Assembly (NCBI GenBank): GCA_965601925.1
Contig: OZ271854.1
Location: 4,192,001-4,256,000, forward strand
Reading direction: 5' to 3'
Source: Alkalispirochaeta sp.
Lineage (GTDB): Bacteria > Spirochaetota > Spirochaetia > DSM-27196 > Alkalispirochaetaceae
Length of the DNA stretch: 64,000 bases
Below are positions 29,124 through 37,726 of the stretch, one piece after another. Position numbers and translations under genes: made by a program. Position 1 is the stretch's first letter. Each line of letters begins with the position of its first letter. The notes beneath the pieces were generated by a model that was not told the DNA's origin, made no database searches, and was given only the letters and a program-made list of their open reading frames with translations.

Positions 29124-29206
29124 GTTTTTCCTTCCTGTTGGTATGAACGTCTTACGATAAAACAAGGGGCGAAAAACATGCCCCGTCTCCTCGCCTCCAT
29201 CTTGCT

Positions 29207-29953
29207 TCAATCCGAGACGACATCGCGATCAGCGACCCAAACGTCATAGTGATAGTTGGACAAACCCGGTTCGAAGAATAGCTCGATCTCATACAAACGG
29301 CCTCCGTCGACGGATTCAACGACGATGCTGCCTCCTTCAATATTGCGTTGATACGAGAGAATCGCCGCTTCGCCAGTACTCCGTGTGATTCTATCGACAC
29401 CGCTCTCTGACAGACGTGTGCGCGAGCCGCCCTCACCGGCGCCGAACGGGAAATGTCGGTCATACAGTCTGTCATCGTCGATGTAAAACCATTCTTCGAA
29501 CAGTGGATTATCCGCACTGAACCCTACAGGTCTTGAACTGATAAAGTATGGTGAGAAGCCAGAATCAGTGCGATAAGTGAAGCTACGAACATCATCTCCG
29601 AATCTTTGCTCTACTTCGACCGCATTCTCGAGGTAACTGAAGAGATAAGAGAAATCTGAAAAATCTACGTCTTCGGGAAGAATCGAGTATTCAGCCCACG
29701 TCTCTATCAACCTGCCGCCCGGGTCATACTCAAAGTATTGTGTCGACTGATATTCCACGTTACCCGAGACAGCTTGTTCCTCTAAGGTAACATGATGCAA
29801 TCGTCCATTCGCGTAGGAAAAAGTCCGCGTCTGTTCATGTCCGTCCGGCAGCACAAGTTCAATCCTAACCGGTCGCGTCGTATGCAAAGCGTCCTGTGTT
29901 GACACACACGATAAAACAAACAGAGCAATGATTAGAACAAAGCTGGCTTTCAT
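29207..29953 (-). CDS. Hypothetical lipoprotein
   Basis: MKASFVLIIALFVLSC lipobox; RBS GGAGG; aromatic-rich beta-type sequence. Confidence 0.7.
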   Translation of the reverse strand: MKASFVLIIALFVLSCVSTQDALHTTRPVRIELVLPDGHEQTRTFSYANGRLHHVTLEEQAVSGNVEYQSTQYFEYDPGGRLIETWAEYSILPEDVDFSDFSYLFSYLENAVEVEQRFGDDVRSFTYRTDSGFSPYFISSRPVGFSADNPLFEEWFYIDDDRLYDRHFPFGAGEGGSRTRLSESGVDRITRSTGEAAILSYQRNIEGGSIVVESVDGGRLYEIELFFEPGLSNYHYDVWVADRDVVSD

Positions 29954-29996
29954 GAATCCCCTGTACCTCCCATGATAGACGCTCTATCTTCATCTC

Positions 29997-31574
29997 TCAG
30001 TATCGCTCCAAAATCGCAAAGACCCTCTCGGCGCCGAGCGTCTTCAAGAACCCGCCGAGGCGCGGCCCCCTCTCCTGGTCGACCAGTACGAGGTAGAGGA
30101 CGCGAAAAAACTCCTTCGGCTCGATCCCCGCCTCCCGGGCGATGCCGTACATCGCGTCCTGGAGCTCCTTCTCGCTCTTCGCATCGAGCTCGGCTCGTAC
30201 GAGTTCCCGCAGCGCGACGACCGCCGACCGTTCGCCGTCGGAGAGCTCACGGGTTGGAGCGGTCGCCGGATCGACCACCGTAAACCGAAAGTCCTCCGGG
30301 GCGAAGGAGCGAATCCAGTTCCACGCGCACCGCGCCCGCATAAAGGCTCGTTCCCGTTCGTCGTCTTCCATTGAAGAGAATCCGGGAACTCCCGCGAGAG
30401 CTCTTTCCGCATCTCCGTCGTGGATGAGGAGGAGATTACATAGATGGCGGAACGGAATCTGTACCGAAAGTCGTCCCGGTACTGAGTGCACCTGAGACAG
30501 CTCGTAGATGCGGCGCTCCTTATCGGCGCGCTTGGCGCTCACTTCCTCGCGACCGAAGTAGATTCGCTCACATCGGTCGTAGTCCTCGTAGATCTTGATT
30601 ACGTCCAGGTCGAAGCTAATGGCGAACTCAGTGTTCGGGCGCGTCCCGGCAAAGAGATAGCGCACAATCTCCGGTTGGTAGACCTCCAGTACGTCCCGTA
30701 GGCTGATCACCTCGCCGGAGGAGCTCGACATTTTGCCGCCCCGTCCTTTGATGCTGATAAAGTCGTACTGAAAGGTGACCGGCGCGGCCCAGTGGTAGAT
30801 CTCCTCGGCGATGTGGCGGGCGGTATCGAAGCTCCCCCCCTCGGAGTGGTGGTCCTTACCGGCGGGCTCGAAATCGACCTTCTCGACCGACCAGCGCATG
30901 GGCCAGTCGATGCGCCACGGTAACTTGGCCGCCCCCGATTCGCGCAGATCGATCGTGTCCTCTTTGTTCGTCTCGTCGCACCGATACGTCAGCCCCCATT
31001 CGCCGTCCCACTCGAGAATCGTGGTGGTGTCTTTGTTGGTGAATCGGCTGAACACGCTTACCGGCCACCATTCTGCGGGAAGGGGTGCGGTACGAAAGCG
31101 GTCCAGAATGGCCCTAATGTGCTCACGCTCCCGGAGAGCGGTTCGAATACCTTCGGCGTAGCGAGAGGCGCGATACTGCTCGGACTGATAAATATATTCC
31201 GGCGAGATGCCGACCCGTTCGAGCTGCTTTTCAAGCTCGATCTCGTTCGCACGAGCGTAGCTCTCGGCCTCTCCTACGGGGTCGGGCACCATGGTGATCG
31301 GCCACCGTAGATACGTCTCGAACGTATCGCGATTCGGCACATTCGTCGGCACCTTACGGAACACGTCGTAATCGTCCCATGAATAGAGGAATCTTACCGG
31401 ACGCTCCTTGTCCCTGAGCGCCCGTACGACCAACTCGACCGAAATAATCTCACGAAAGTTTCCGACATGGACGGTTCCCGAGGGCGTAATGCCCGAAGCG
31501 CACGTGTAGAGGGGTTTCTCGCCCTTCTCCCGGATGATTTTGTCGGCGGCGATATCCGCCCAATGGGTACTCAT
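29997..31574 (-). CDS. lysS: Lysine--tRNA ligase, class I
   Basis: HWAD, SGITPSG.VHVGN.RE (HIGH-like), WDDYD.FRKVP, KLPWRIDWP.RW, GKDH, KMSSS; start ATG 31574. Confidence 0.96.
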   Translation of the reverse strand: MSTHWADIAADKIIREKGEKPLYTCASGITPSGTVHVGNFREIISVELVVRALRDKERPVRFLYSWDDYDVFRKVPTNVPNRDTFETYLRWPITMVPDPVGEAESYARANEIELEKQLERVGISPEYIYQSEQYRASRYAEGIRTALREREHIRAILDRFRTAPLPAEWWPVSVFSRFTNKDTTTILEWDGEWGLTYRCDETNKEDTIDLRESGAAKLPWRIDWPMRWSVEKVDFEPAGKDHHSEGGSFDTARHIAEEIYHWAAPVTFQYDFISIKGRGGKMSSSSGEVISLRDVLEVYQPEIVRYLFAGTRPNTEFAISFDLDVIKIYEDYDRCERIYFGREEVSAKRADKERRIYELSQVHSVPGRLSVQIPFRHLCNLLLIHDGDAERALAGVPGFSSMEDDERERAFMRARCAWNWIRSFAPEDFRFTVVDPATAPTRELSDGERSAVVALRELVRAELDAKSEKELQDAMYGIAREAGIEPKEFFRVLYLVLVDQERGPRLGGFLKTLGAERVFAILERY

Positions 31575-31636
31575 AGGCGCTGAGTATACGAAAGACAATG
31601 GTAAATTTACAACGCGGAGTCGCCGATAGTGCGGGT

Positions 31637-32248
31637 ATGCGTGCTCTAACCCTGATCGTAACGGTGGCGATCCTCGCGACGACGACATTTGCAGCGGCTC
31701 AAGACGGCGGCGATTACGATAATCACCAATTAAGCGGTATCGCTTCGTGGTACGGAGGCAAGTTTCAGGGACGCCTGACGGCAAACGGCGAAGTGTTCGA
31801 CACGAACCAGCTGACCGCCGCGCACCGCACCCTCCCTTTCGGTACGATCGTCAGGGTGGTGAATCAGACCAACGATCGTGTCGTCGTCGTCAGAATTAAC
31901 GATCGCGGACCGTTCGTGGACAATCGCGTCATCGACTTGAGTCGCGCGGCGGCGGACATCATCGAGCTAACCTCAGCGGGTCTGGCGCCGGTTCGGCTCG
32001 AAATTATGCACTACCAACGGCCTTCGGACCTACGCACTCTCCAGATCGCCTCGTTCTCCCGGAGATCAAACGCCGCGGCTCTCGCCGATCGGCTGAGCGC
32101 GTCGGGTTTTGAGCCGGCGATCGAGACCGTTGCCGACGCCGGGGTCCACCGAGTGATCATCCAAGGAGTCCGGGAGAGCGACATACCGGCGTATCGCGAG
32201 CAGCTGGCCGCGGTCGGCCACTCCCAGATTCTCGTGCGGGAGAAGTGA
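31637..32248 (+). CDS. rlpA: RlpA family lytic transglycosylase with SPOR domain
   Basis: GIASWYG..F.GRLTANGE, TAAHRTLPFGT, RINDRGPF..NRVIDLS; C-terminal SPOR (LQIASFS..NA). Confidence 0.92.
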   Translation: MRALTLIVTVAILATTTFAAAQDGGDYDNHQLSGIASWYGGKFQGRLTANGEVFDTNQLTAAHRTLPFGTIVRVVNQTNDRVVVVRINDRGPFVDNRVIDLSRAAADIIELTSAGLAPVRLEIMHYQRPSDLRTLQIASFSRRSNAAALADRLSASGFEPAIETVADAGVHRVIIQGVRESDIPAYREQLAAVGHSQILVREK

Positions 32249-32323
32249 GACGCGGCGATGGGACCGGTGGATCGACACGATGTGGAGCGCCGACCGGACA
32301 CCTATACGACGCGGCGTGTCGTC

Positions 32324-33544
32324 TTATCGCACGGATACCTCCTCTTTTTGCCGTGCCGGGGCGAGAAACACGAACGCAACCGCGATACCGACGGCCGAGA
32401 GAATCAACGTCGGTAGAAAGGCCATACGATACGATCCGAAGGCCGTCCGCACACGTCCTGAGACGACGGTCCCGAGGATCGCGCCGACACCGTAGGCCGT
32501 GTACATGATGCCGTAATTGAGCGTGTAGTATTTAGAGCCGAAGAAGGCGCTGGTCGCCGCGGGCGCGATCGCCAGCCACCCACCGAGGAGCAGCCAAAAC
32601 ATTGCAAAGGCCAGAAGAAAGAGCGGCACGTTTCCAACGGGGACGAGAAGCATCACAAACGATGCCGCTGCGATAAGTACAAAAGCGCCGATGACCGTCG
32701 GTCGCGCCCCCGCCCGGTCGATAAGTGCCCCGAAAAGGGGACGACCGATCCCGTTGAAGACCGCCATCCCGGACACCACGAGCGCCGCGGCCGGGGATGA
32801 CACACCGGCTATCTCTTGGGCGGCGGGGCTCGTAATACCGATGACCATCAACCCGGTAAGCGTACCGATCGCAAACAGTATCCACAGCGTATAGAAGCGT
32901 TGCGTCCTGACCATAGCGGCGGGGTTCAACGCTACCTCGTCGACCCTCGACCACTCCGCGTCGGCCGCAACGTCGGTAGGCTCGTCCGGATAACGGAGGG
33001 CAAATGAGAATGTGCCGACGATCGCGGCGAAGACGACTCCCATAACCCGGAAGGCGTGGAGCACTCCGAGGTCGGTTATGAGTCGCTCCGCGAGAGGGGC
33101 GGTCACAAAGGGAGAGAGCCCGAATCCCACTAAGACGATTCCCATAGCGAGTCCCTTTTTTTCGCGAAACCACTTACTCGCTACCGCCAGCGGCACGCCG
33201 TACGCGATACCAACGCCGAGACCACCCATGACTCCGTAGGCGAGCGTAATCTGCCATATCCGCCCGGCGTAACTCGATGCGATCCACCCCACGGAGAGGA
33301 GCGCCCCACCGAGGCGTATCGCCGTCTTCGGCCCCAACTTCTCGATGAGCATCCCGCCCAACGGCATAGAAAAGGCAAATACCGCGAGAAAGACCATATA
33401 CGGGAAACCGCTCTCCGTCGGAGCGAGAGAAAAGAGATCTTCGATAGGATTGCGAAACACACTCCACGAGTAGATCGTTCCGAGGAAGATATTCACGCAT
33501 AACCCGGCGCCTACTCTGAGCCATCCAGATGTCCGTTGATTCAT
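32324..33544 (-). CDS. OFA family MFS transporter
   Basis: 12 TM pattern, YSWSVF, G.G.G..Y, KWF..KKGLA.G, NGIGR..FG, FFG.K....NYG. Confidence 0.88.
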   Translation of the reverse strand: MNQRTSGWLRVGAGLCVNIFLGTIYSWSVFRNPIEDLFSLAPTESGFPYMVFLAVFAFSMPLGGMLIEKLGPKTAIRLGGALLSVGWIASSYAGRIWQITLAYGVMGGLGVGIAYGVPLAVASKWFREKKGLAMGIVLVGFGLSPFVTAPLAERLITDLGVLHAFRVMGVVFAAIVGTFSFALRYPDEPTDVAADAEWSRVDEVALNPAAMVRTQRFYTLWILFAIGTLTGLMVIGITSPAAQEIAGVSSPAAALVVSGMAVFNGIGRPLFGALIDRAGARPTVIGAFVLIAAASFVMLLVPVGNVPLFLLAFAMFWLLLGGWLAIAPAATSAFFGSKYYTLNYGIMYTAYGVGAILGTVVSGRVRTAFGSYRMAFLPTLILSAVGIAVAFVFLAPARQKEEVSVR

Positions 33545-33604
33545 ACGAGTACCCAAAGAATCTCACTCCTGGGCGTTTGTCAAGCCGTCTGCGGCGGGCG
33601 TCTC

Positions 33605-33633
33605 TTGACAATGCCGCCCAAGTCGGGCATTAT
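33605..33633 (+). promoter_or_regulatory. Putative sigma70 promoter of the tRNA gene
   Basis: TTGACA-17 nt-CATTAT about 80 nt upstream of the tRNA. Confidence 0.7.
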
Positions 33634-33712
33634 CACGCTTCATTTGCAGGCTCAGGCGTAGCTCAGTTAGTCATTTATAGCTTTTCATCGTTGCGTCTGA
33701 GCCCTGCTTATC

Positions 33713-33786
<74 letters not shown>

Positions 33787-33911
33787 TCTCTAAATCATTA
33801 CGATGAAATGATTTAGGATAACCAAAAGCAAAAACAGACAGCCGTTTCACCTCAAATACTGAGGGGTGGCAGCAAAATGGCAGCAAGTCAGTTTGCAAAG
33901 GACGCGGCAGC

Positions 33912-34077
33912 TTGAAAGGCGCGCGGACTCCCTATCCCGACCCTTTCCTCCGCTCCGATCGTGGTGATGTCTATTACTTTACATACGTAGATCCTCGTAC
34001 CGGTACTCGGAAAATGAAGTCTACCGGATGCTCTCGGAAGGCAGACGCCGCGAGAGAGATAAAGAAGTTCGTCGATG
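33912..34077 (+). pseudogene. N-terminal fragment of a tyrosine integrase, truncated by an IS
   Basis: Translates MKGARTPYPDPFLRSDRGDVYYFTYVDPRTGTRKMKSTGCSRKADAAREIKKFVD, an arm-binding-domain pattern (YY..Y....G.R...STG....A); runs into the IS end at 34078. Confidence 0.7.
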
Positions 34078-34093
34078 TGACCTGCCCCTGAAA

Positions 34094-34939
34094 CTAGACC
34101 ACCGCTTGAGTGAGTCCGTCCTCAAACCTTCGCCAGATTTCTTCCGGCGTGTGATTGCCGAGCGAGCTGTGTGGCCGGTACCGATTGTACTCATCACGCC
34201 ACTCGGCCAGTTTTTCTTGCGCATCGGTCACGCCCAAGAACAGATTCTCATTGAGGAACTCGTCGCGTAGCTTTCCGTTGAAGCTCTCGACAAACGAGTT
34301 CTCGACCGGCTTGCCCGGCGTGATCAAACACTGCTGAATGCCGCGCTGGATCGTCCACGCGATCACAGCCCGGGATGTAAACTCCGGCCCGTTGTCGCTC
34401 TTCACGCATTTTGGCTCACCATGCATGATCATCGATTGCTCCAACGCTCGGATGACATCAACGCTGGTACATGTCCGAGCGATTCGTGCTGCGACCAGAT
34501 ACCATGTGTATTCATCCAGCACGACCAAACACTTCAACGACCGTCCGGATTCAGTCGTGTCGAAAACGAAATCCAATCCCCAGATCTGGTTCGGCCGGAT
34601 CGCGACACCAGCCCGATTGCGCTGCACGATGAGCTTCTTTCGGCGTCGTGAGCGGAGCATCAACCGCTCTTCGTAGTAGATCCGATACACCTGCTTGTGA
34701 TTCGCTTCACTATGGTCTCGCCGCAGTAACACGTGGATCCGCCGATACCCGAACCGCCTGTGCCTCTCTGCCAGCTCCTTGATGCGCGCCCGAATCCGAA
34801 GATCGTTCGGGTTCTTTGCCTCATACCGACAGGTCGATCGATGCAACGACGCCAGTTCGCACGCTCGTCGCTCACTGACCCCATGGTGTTTCAACGCCCC
34901 GACAGCCGATCGTCGCTGATGAGGCGTTATCAGTTTTTT
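34094..34939 (-). CDS. IS3 transposase OrfB (DDE), reached by -1 frameshift
   Basis: SERRAC, FGYRRI, WGLDF, SDNGPEF, PGKP.EN.FVESFNGKLRDE, YNRYRPHSSLG; the -1 frame is open from the A6C motif (KLITPHQRR..). Confidence 0.92.
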   Translation of the reverse strand, partial: KKLITPHQRRSAVGALKHHGVSERRACELASLHRSTCRYEAKNPNDLRIRARIKELAERHRRFGYRRIHVLLRRDHSEANHKQVYRIYYEERLMLRSRRRKKLIVQRNRAGVAIRPNQIWGLDFVFDTTESGRSLKCLVVLDEYTWYLVAARIARTCTSVDVIRALEQSMIMHGEPKCVKSDNGPEFTSRAVIAWTIQRGIQQCLITPGKPVENSFVESFNGKLRDEFLNENLFLGVTDAQEKLAEWRDEYNRYRPHSSLGNHTPEEIWRRFEDGLTQAVV

Positions 34940-35193
34940 GACAGCACCTCCTTCATCGCGTCAATCTCAAGCGCCTGGTTGGCGACCAACTTCTTTAGTC
35001 TGGTGTTCTCGTCTTCCAGTTCTTTCAGCCGTCGCGCCTCGCTGGTTGTCATTCCGCCATAGCGAGATTTCCATCGGTACAACGTATTTTCCGCAAACCC
35101 GTACTTCCGACAGATCTCCTTCACCGGAATACCGGATTCGACTTCCCCTAAGATCGCAATGATCTTCTCAACCGAATACTGACCCTTCTTCAT
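34930..35193 (-). CDS. IS3 transposase OrfA (HTH)
   Basis: ICRKYG..ENTLYRWKSRYGGM..SEARRLKELEDENTRLKKLVA. Confidence 0.93.
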   Translation of the reverse strand: MKKGQYSVEKIIAILGEVESGIPVKEICRKYGFAENTLYRWKSRYGGMTTSEARRLKELEDENTRLKKLVANQALEIDAMKEVLSKN

Positions 35194-35449
35194 GTTGTCT
35201 CTCCCTCCTATTATACCGGGAAAAACTCACCTTCTTGCTGGACCAGTTTTGTGGGAGCAGGTCAAGACAACGATGATTTTACGTTGTTGAGAACTGGATC
35301 AGTGACCTTCATACCGGATCCTGGCGTGCTCGGATTTGCTTGCCGGAACTTGCAAATCTGATTGAAGGAGTTATGCAATGTCACTCTCCTAATGAGACAT
35401 CGTATAGTAGGATGACGTCATCATCGGGATTTAGTGAAGTCTACCGCTG

Positions 35450-36652
35450 CTACTCTCGAAGAAGCGCAGCACGTTCTTCTTCAGGGCTCTTCCCCTGGTG
35501 TTTACTCTGCCACTCGTCGTCACCTATGAGCCTGCCGGAGAGCCTATACTCGTGGAAAAGTCTCTCCAGAACTCCGTCTCGACCTTTTATAGCGTATGGT
35601 TCAACAGCAGCCTGAGTTAGGTTTACTCGAAACTCAACGAGCAATGAATACTCTACATCCCACTGCTCCCTGACATCTCCCCGGCTATTCTGCCATTTGA
35701 TACATAGATCGATTTCTTTGAGCATAGATGCGAACTTTGCGTATTCAGTCTCGTCGATTCTTCGAAAAAAGAAACAGAAAAAACTCACGGCAGTGGCACG
35801 ATTTCCTATGCGGAGCCCTTTTTCTCGTGAGGCTATTGCTAACTCTTTTAAAAGTTTTTCTGCTTCACTGACATGGCTTGAGAGCTCTTTATCCTCTTTC
35901 TGATACGCAAGAATGAAACCCTGCAAATCCTGGAAACGTGCACGACTGAAGTCCTTTTTCTTTCGAAGACTGATCGCTTGTAGCAGGATCTGCGCCGCGA
36001 CTTGTTCTTTGGCGTATCTTCGATACGGAACACCCAATTGTGAGAAATACGTCATGGGTGATATGCGATTGAATACCTGTTCTTTCATCCATCCGACCAT
36101 AGCATGAAGCTTCTCGCCAGCATTAAGAGGCTGCGCTAACTGCAGCCGAGCGAACATGAGATTCAACTCTTGCTTGTGATCAACAGAATCCACTATGACG
36201 ATACTGACAGACACATCCTTTATTTTGTCTCGATACTGCTCCAAACAAGTCGAAGGGCCTTCATCAAGCAGCAACTGGGACTGTTGCATATCTTGGGGAT
36301 CTACTAAAAACTCTTTGCAGCCGTTTGGTAGCGACTCATTGTATACTTCATTTTGCCGTTCATATTTGAACTTCAAATCTTTTTGGAGACCTTCCGTCGA
36401 TGAGTGCACTATGCCAAAGAATGTGAAAATAGTTGTCAGTCTTTGGCGACCATCTATGCAATCATAGCGGCCGTCCTCTCGTTCAAAAAAAATGATAGAA
36501 GAAATATCGAGGCCACGATAAAGAGAGTCTATTAAAAGGGATCGTTTCAGTGGCTGCCAAACATTTGGCTCCCTCTGGTACTCAGGAAACTCAATAAGAG
36601 GTGCCTGATGAAGCAATTCTTGGATAGTCCATGATTTGTTCACTCTCTTCAT
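35450..36652 (-). CDS. DUF262 (ParB/Srx-fold, GmrS-like) domain protein
   Basis: PEYQRE..W, LIDSLYRG, CIDGRQRLTTI, MFARLQLAQPLN..E; C-terminal ~200 aa unrecognised. Confidence 0.85.
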   Translation of the reverse strand: MKRVNKSWTIQELLHQAPLIEFPEYQREPNVWQPLKRSLLIDSLYRGLDISSIIFFEREDGRYDCIDGRQRLTTIFTFFGIVHSSTEGLQKDLKFKYERQNEVYNESLPNGCKEFLVDPQDMQQSQLLLDEGPSTCLEQYRDKIKDVSVSIVIVDSVDHKQELNLMFARLQLAQPLNAGEKLHAMVGWMKEQVFNRISPMTYFSQLGVPYRRYAKEQVAAQILLQAISLRKKKDFSRARFQDLQGFILAYQKEDKELSSHVSEAEKLLKELAIASREKGLRIGNRATAVSFFCFFFRRIDETEYAKFASMLKEIDLCIKWQNSRGDVREQWDVEYSLLVEFRVNLTQAAVEPYAIKGRDGVLERLFHEYRLSGRLIGDDEWQSKHQGKSPEEERAALLRE

Positions 36653-36664
36653 ATGTTCCCCTGA

Positions 36665-37726
36665 CTAATCGGAAGTATACGCATACAGTTTTTCCATGAC
36701 TTGCTCTATGTGATGTTGCTCCGGTGAGCTCTTGCGCAAACTCCAATATCTGTACGAAAGCCATCCCTTGGCATGAAACGCTTTCGTATTGTCGAGACCA
36801 CAATACTCCATACAGAAATCAGTGAAGTCATCATTTTGATCGAGTGTTCTAGCATCGAAATAGGGATAGTCTTTTTTTATTTCTTCTGATCTTTCTTTTC
36901 CAGAAATAACTTCAACGATAGGCTTCCTTCCGTTTTCAAAAGCCACAGCGTCGAAAAGTAATGCAGATAGATGTCGGTCTGCCGGGTTGAGACCACAACC
37001 GACAACACGGATAACATCCGCGGATAGTAACTCTCGAGATCGTCCCATCAACAGGTTGAAGGGATAACGATCGAAAGCCTTGGACGCTCCCGGTGCGATC
37101 CATGTGGTTAACGGATCTTCAACCACGCCGTCCTGCCAAGTGGGAGGCGTGCCTGCCTTCCAGTTATACGATCCGTGCAATTTGATTATTGCCCAACTAG
37201 TAACATCATCTTTGCTTAGAGCATCGTACACTTCTCCGTATGCGCGCTCTGCGAGAGTGTCATAATTAAGCGAAATCGCACCAGCAAACTCCTCGTCATG
37301 AAATCGTTCGCCATTCTTGTGCCAATCAAACAACGCGGTGTAAAAATCTACAGGACGAGGATCTGTGTCATCTTCGTAATACCCCGTCGCAGATTCAATC
37401 CTCTTTGAAAGAACCTCTAAGAAGCACTTACGTAGCGATTGCGACTCCTCGATCGAGTAACGGTTACCTGATTGCTCAAGCAAATAAATAAGTTCTTCTA
37501 AAGGTTTGTAGGGCTGTTCTCCGTCATCGTTCGCGTTGCTTTCAGCTGTGCCCCAAGTTGTAATCGCAATCGGACACTTCTCCCTGAGTTCGTCATCGTC
37601 ACCAATCTGCAGGTGTATAGCTTCGGCGATATCCTTCGTTAATACTTTCGTCGAGCCGGCGCCCAAGTCATATACCGCTTGCTGTGAGGCTCCGGCGCCG
37701 AAAATGTAAACAACTTTGGTTCCCAT
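36665..37726 (-). CDS. SIR2-like (SIR2_2 type) NAD+-binding protein, putative NADase
   Basis: VYIFGAGAS, SLNYDTL, IKLHGSYNW, VVGCGL..AD; start ATG 37726 overlaps the methyltransferase stop (TAATG). Confidence 0.8.
   Translation of the reverse strand: MGTKVVYIFGAGASQQAVYDLGAGSTKVLTKDIAEAIHLQIGDDDELREKCPIAITTWGTAESNANDDGEQPYKPLEELIYLLEQSGNRYSIEESQSLRKCFLEVLSKRIESATGYYEDDTDPRPVDFYTALFDWHKNGERFHDEEFAGAISLNYDTLAERAYGEVYDALSKDDVTSWAIIKLHGSYNWKAGTPPTWQDGVVEDPLTTWIAPGASKAFDRYPFNLLMGRSRELLSADVIRVVGCGLNPADRHLSALLFDAVAFENGRKPIVEVISGKERSEEIKKDYPYFDARTLDQNDDFTDFCMEYCGLDNTKAFHAKGWLSYRYWSLRKSSPEQHHIEQVMEKLYAYTSD

Larger units (their letters stand above)
34078..35264 (-). mobile_element. IS3-family insertion sequence (IS407 group), 1187 bp
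   Basis: Imperfect terminal IRs TGACCTGCCCCTGAAACTAGACCA / TGACCTGCTCCCACAAAACTGGTCCA; orfA+orfB; no target duplication (GATG vs AGAC). Confidence 0.92.

Noticed and set aside
33653..33712. Second tRNA gene starting GGCGTAGCTCAGTTAG
   Set aside because: No anticodon stem, T-loop (TTCRA) or acceptor 3' strand; reported only as a leader hairpin.
35265..35449. Continuation of the integrase after the IS
   Set aside because: Plus-strand frames are short and lack the tyrosine recombinase R-H-R-Y motifs.
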